Positions 61,449-64,000 of a stretch of DNA of 64,000 nucleotides are shown one piece after another; the stretch's first letter is position 1, and every line of letters begins with the position of its first letter. A program made the position numbers and the translations under genes. Under the pieces are notes generated by a model. The model saw only the letters and a list, made by a program, of their open reading frames with translations, was not told where the DNA came from and made no database searches. Origin of the DNA: a virus; IMG/VR virus record IMGVR_UViG_3300033402_000312, one strand, 5' to 3'.

Positions 61449-63977
61449 TCAGATCGCCTCTTCCTCGATTTCTTTCGGGACGGGCTGCGAGATCAGCACG
61501 CCGTGGTCGGTCAGGTATTTCTCCGCGAGCTTCTTGATGTGGTCGGGGTCAACTTGCAGTTTTTGGACAAGGTCTTGGTTCGGGTCCCTAATGCCCTCGA
61601 TCTGCTGCTTCTTGATTCCCAACACGTCGGACACGACCGGGTCAGAGCCTTCGTCCGCCAGAAGGTAGTAGCTGGTGACAGGCTCATCCTGCCCGTCGCG
61701 GTGGAGGCGGCCTTCGCAGTTCCCGACTATCGCTGTTTTTCCGTTACGGCGCACTACCAACGTGCCCAGCCTATTGCTAACGCACCAAACCCGTTCCCCC
61801 GGTGTGCTTACGCAAAGCGTTAGCTTAGATCGGTCTTTTTGGGATGTCCCTGCCACAGAACGATAACCCATCGGCTTTACATGCAATAGCCAATTGCCGC
61901 TGGGCAAATCAGCTATGTTTGCCCGCCAACCACGCCTTACGCAGAGACTTTGAAGCCTGTCCACAAAAGCCCTCCTGCCGGATGTTATTCGATAGGTAGC
62001 TTGCACAAAATTTCCTGAATCCGTACTGCCATCGCCCATGTCAACCGCTTCTAGGAACAAGGCAAGTTGACGCTCATCCATGTCCTCCAACAGCGGCGAC
62101 AGGTCTTTGTCGAGATATTGAGCTAAACGGTTCCAGCCTTTGTTAGACTTTAGATAGCCCGGCGCTTTCGGTCCGAACTTTGGGACACAAAAACGCAAAA
62201 GCGGGGCACTTCTCTTCCACTGGCTGTTCTTTGTTATTTTGTTCACAGTGAAGTGGAACCCGCATGAAGTAAGGCAATGCTCTATCTCATCCTTGAACGG
62301 TGAGTTCTCATTTTGGCAAACAGTCAAAGTGCCGGACAAAGGATTGAAGCTGCCGTCTGTGCAAAACCAGCCAAGGAATCGTATCTCATCGTCAGTGAGC
62401 GGAACACCTTTTGCGTGCTGCTTTCCGGCCACAGGAATATGGTAAAACTGGCTCCGGGTTGCCAAATCTTGCGCTGTCGTTACCCCCCATTTAGACAGTC
62501 TCTTGTGGTTTTTGCCGACCCCGCTCCGGTAAACCATCCTATGCCCGCCCGTAACGCGCAAGTCCATGCCCGGTTGCCGCAGAGCAAACATCTGTTCCCC
62601 GACTGCTAACTGACGATCAACTACGCGCTCCGCAGGCGTCCAGTCTACGCTTCCGGTCGCCAGATCAAAGCCAGCAACAGAGTCGCCCACTACGATCTCT
62701 CCTCGCTTTTTGAATCCAAACGGCGTCAAAATTTCCGTCGCATCGTCAAGGCACTGCTCGTGGACCCCAGGCGACCAGTCAAGCTCGCCGAACACGCAGA
62801 TGTGGCACATGTCCTGCAAGCCGTCCATGCCCAGCCCGGCGCGGAGCGAGATAACCATGACCTTCGACCGGCCGGACAGGAACTCTTGCTTCGCCCATTC
62901 CTTTTGGTTTGGGCTTTCGGTGCCCGTGTACATCACCGGGTTGAGGTCCGCAACACCGTGGGCCGGGTTCCCCCGGAGCTTCTCCAGCCAAATCTCGTAC
63001 ACGTCGCGGTGCCAGCCGTAGAGAACCACAGGCGTTTCGTTCTCCTCGACGAGGAACCGCACGAAGTCGGCGACGAACGGGGCCTTGGCGATGCCGGTCG
63101 CCTGCCGCATCCTCATGTCGAACTCGCCTGCTGCCTGCATCTTCTGCCCCCTGAACTCCTGGCTCTGGCGTAGGATCAGCTTGGCAAGCTCGATGGCTTG
63201 CCCCTTGAGCTTCTTGAACTCCTCGGGGTCGGACTGAACCCACTGGGGCACGCGGATGACGCCGGGAAGCTCGCGCTTGACCTCCTTCCGCGTCCTGCGG
63301 AGCATGACGCCCGTCTCACGGGCGTACACGCCGAACGCGGCGGGGTCGTCGATCACGTATCTCTGCCCCTGGAACTCGCACCATTCCCGGCTAAACTCCT
63401 CCCACGTGCCCAGCGCGTCCGGCACGATGACGTTGCACACGTTCCAGATTTCGCCGCCGTAGTTGTAGATCGGCGTGGCGCTCAGCCCCAGCCGGAAGTC
63501 CACGCTGTCCGCGACCCGCTTGGCAGCCTCGTACTTTTGCGTGCCTTTGTGGCGCAGTTCCTGGCATTCGTCGAACGCGACGCTTCGGACGACGCCGTCC
63601 AACGTCTCCGCCCAGCCGTCCAGCTTGTGGTAGTTCGAGATAATGACGTCCGGCAGCCTTCCCTGCTTGTCGAGGATGTCGTAAGGGGTGCCCCTCTTCA
63701 GGATGTGGCACCGCAGGTCGGTGAACTTCTCAAGCTCGGACGCCCACTGGAACGGGAGGTGGGACAGTGTTACGACCAGCGCCGGGCGGAGCCTGGGGTC
63801 TATGAAGCCGCAGAACGCCACCAGCGTCTTGCCTAACCCCACGTCGTCCGCCAGCAGCAGACCGCCCGTGGTCAGCCACATGTTCGCGGCCAAGCCTTGG
63901 TACTCGCGGGGCGGAAGCTTCAGCGGGAAGAGCTTGTCGTTGCCCTCGCCACGCAGGAACCTGTCCACAAGGCTCAT
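61449..63977 (-). CDS. SNF2-family helicase interrupted by an intein
   Basis: Motif I LADDVGLGKT. Motifs V/VI DWSPGVHEQ | intein | CEGRLHRDGQDEPVTSYYLLADEG. Confidence 0.85.
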   Translation of the reverse strand: MSLVDRFLRGEGNDKLFPLKLPPREYQGLAANMWLTTGGLLLADDVGLGKTLVAFCGFIDPRLRPALVVTLSHLPFQWASELEKFTDLRCHILKRGTPYDILDKQGRLPDVIISNYHKLDGWAETLDGVVRSVAFDECQELRHKGTQKYEAAKRVADSVDFRLGLSATPIYNYGGEIWNVCNVIVPDALGTWEEFSREWCEFQGQRYVIDDPAAFGVYARETGVMLRRTRKEVKRELPGVIRVPQWVQSDPEEFKKLKGQAIELAKLILRQSQEFRGQKMQAAGEFDMRMRQATGIAKAPFVADFVRFLVEENETPVVLYGWHRDVYEIWLEKLRGNPAHGVADLNPVMYTGTESPNQKEWAKQEFLSGRSKVMVISLRAGLGMDGLQDMCHICVFGELDWSPGVHEQCLDDATEILTPFGFKKRGEIVVGDSVAGFDLATGSVDWTPAERVVDRQLAVGEQMFALRQPGMDLRVTGGHRMVYRSGVGKNHKRLSKWGVTTAQDLATRSQFYHIPVAGKQHAKGVPLTDDEIRFLGWFCTDGSFNPLSGTLTVCQNENSPFKDEIEHCLTSCGFHFTVNKITKNSQWKRSAPLLRFCVPKFGPKAPGYLKSNKGWNRLAQYLDKDLSPLLEDMDERQLALFLEAVDMGDGSTDSGNFVQATYRITSGRRAFVDRLQSLCVRRGWRANIADLPSGNWLLHVKPMGYRSVAGTSQKDRSKLTLCVSTPGERVWCVSNRLGTLVVRRNGKTAIVGNCEGRLHRDGQDEPVTSYYLLADEGSDPVVSDVLGIKKQQIEGIRDPNQDLVQKLQVDPDHIKKLAEKYLTDHGVLISQPVPKEIEEEAI
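61719..62753 (-). mobile_element. intein (about 345 aa) with LAGLIDADG-type homing endonuclease; coordinates +/-1 nt
   Basis: N-terminal splice junction Q|CLDDATEILTP. C-terminal junction AIVGN|C. Internal LGWFCTDGSF and LFLEAVDMGDGSTD (two LAGLIDADG-like motifs). Confidence 0.7.
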
Positions 63978-64000
63978 GCGCTCCTTGTGCTCGTTCGCCC

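Noticed and set aside
1-64000. Search for CRISPR arrays, rRNA, tRNA or tmRNA.
   Set aside because: No spaced direct-repeat array and no rRNA-like region were seen. Intergenic gaps are all under 180 bp and none showed a convincing cloverleaf by eye. A tRNAscan-type search would be needed to be sure.

Overview
This 64-kb, GC-rich window reads as part of a large virulent or jumbo dsDNA phage, or a phage-like element. Genes are densely packed, mostly on the plus strand, and many are linked by ATGA or TAATG start/stop overlaps. No rRNA, tRNA or CRISPR array was recognised.

From left to right the window contains:
- small early-type proteins, including membrane proteins, a SWIM zinc-finger protein, a J-domain protein and a SET-domain methyltransferase;
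- a DNA-metabolism block with an ATP-dependent DNA ligase, a Nudix hydrolase, an ATP-grasp protein and an HNH nuclease fused to an RNA ligase;
- a structural block with a tail-fibre-like protein carrying internal repeats, two tandem paralogues and a further structural protein;
- a ClpB-D2-like AAA+ ATPase next to a Vsr-like endonuclease;
- a minus-strand block encoding two GNAT acetyltransferases, a DNA methyltransferase, an endonuclease VII and a calcineurin-like phosphoesterase, divergent from a RelA/SpoT-like nucleotidyltransferase;
- a roughly 22.9-kb locus, the most striking part, with two giant ORFs of about 3,651 and 3,198 aa separated by a GIY-YIG homing endonuclease and a 494-aa GNAT/ParB-like protein;
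- a right-hand minus-strand block with a second endonuclease VII, a GT2 glycosyltransferase with a poly-His tail, a pyruvyl-transferase-like protein and an SNF2 helicase split by an intein that carries a LAGLIDADG-type endonuclease.

The giant proteins are chains of recognisable catalytic modules, some repeated many times:
- 2H phosphoesterase;
- ART/Tpt1-like modules with a YHGT signature;
- ParB-like modules;
- HExxH and JAMM-like peptidase motifs;
- GNAT, Nudix and minimal nucleotidyltransferase modules;
- a novel Cys/His module repeated five times.

Several homing endonucleases are present (three HNH, two endonuclease VII, one GIY-YIG, one LAGLIDADG). There is a conserved promoter-plus-RBS cassette in two copies and two extended -10 promoters. 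Two genes show apparent -1 frameshifts.

All calls rest on motifs read directly from the six-frame translations. No database search was run.
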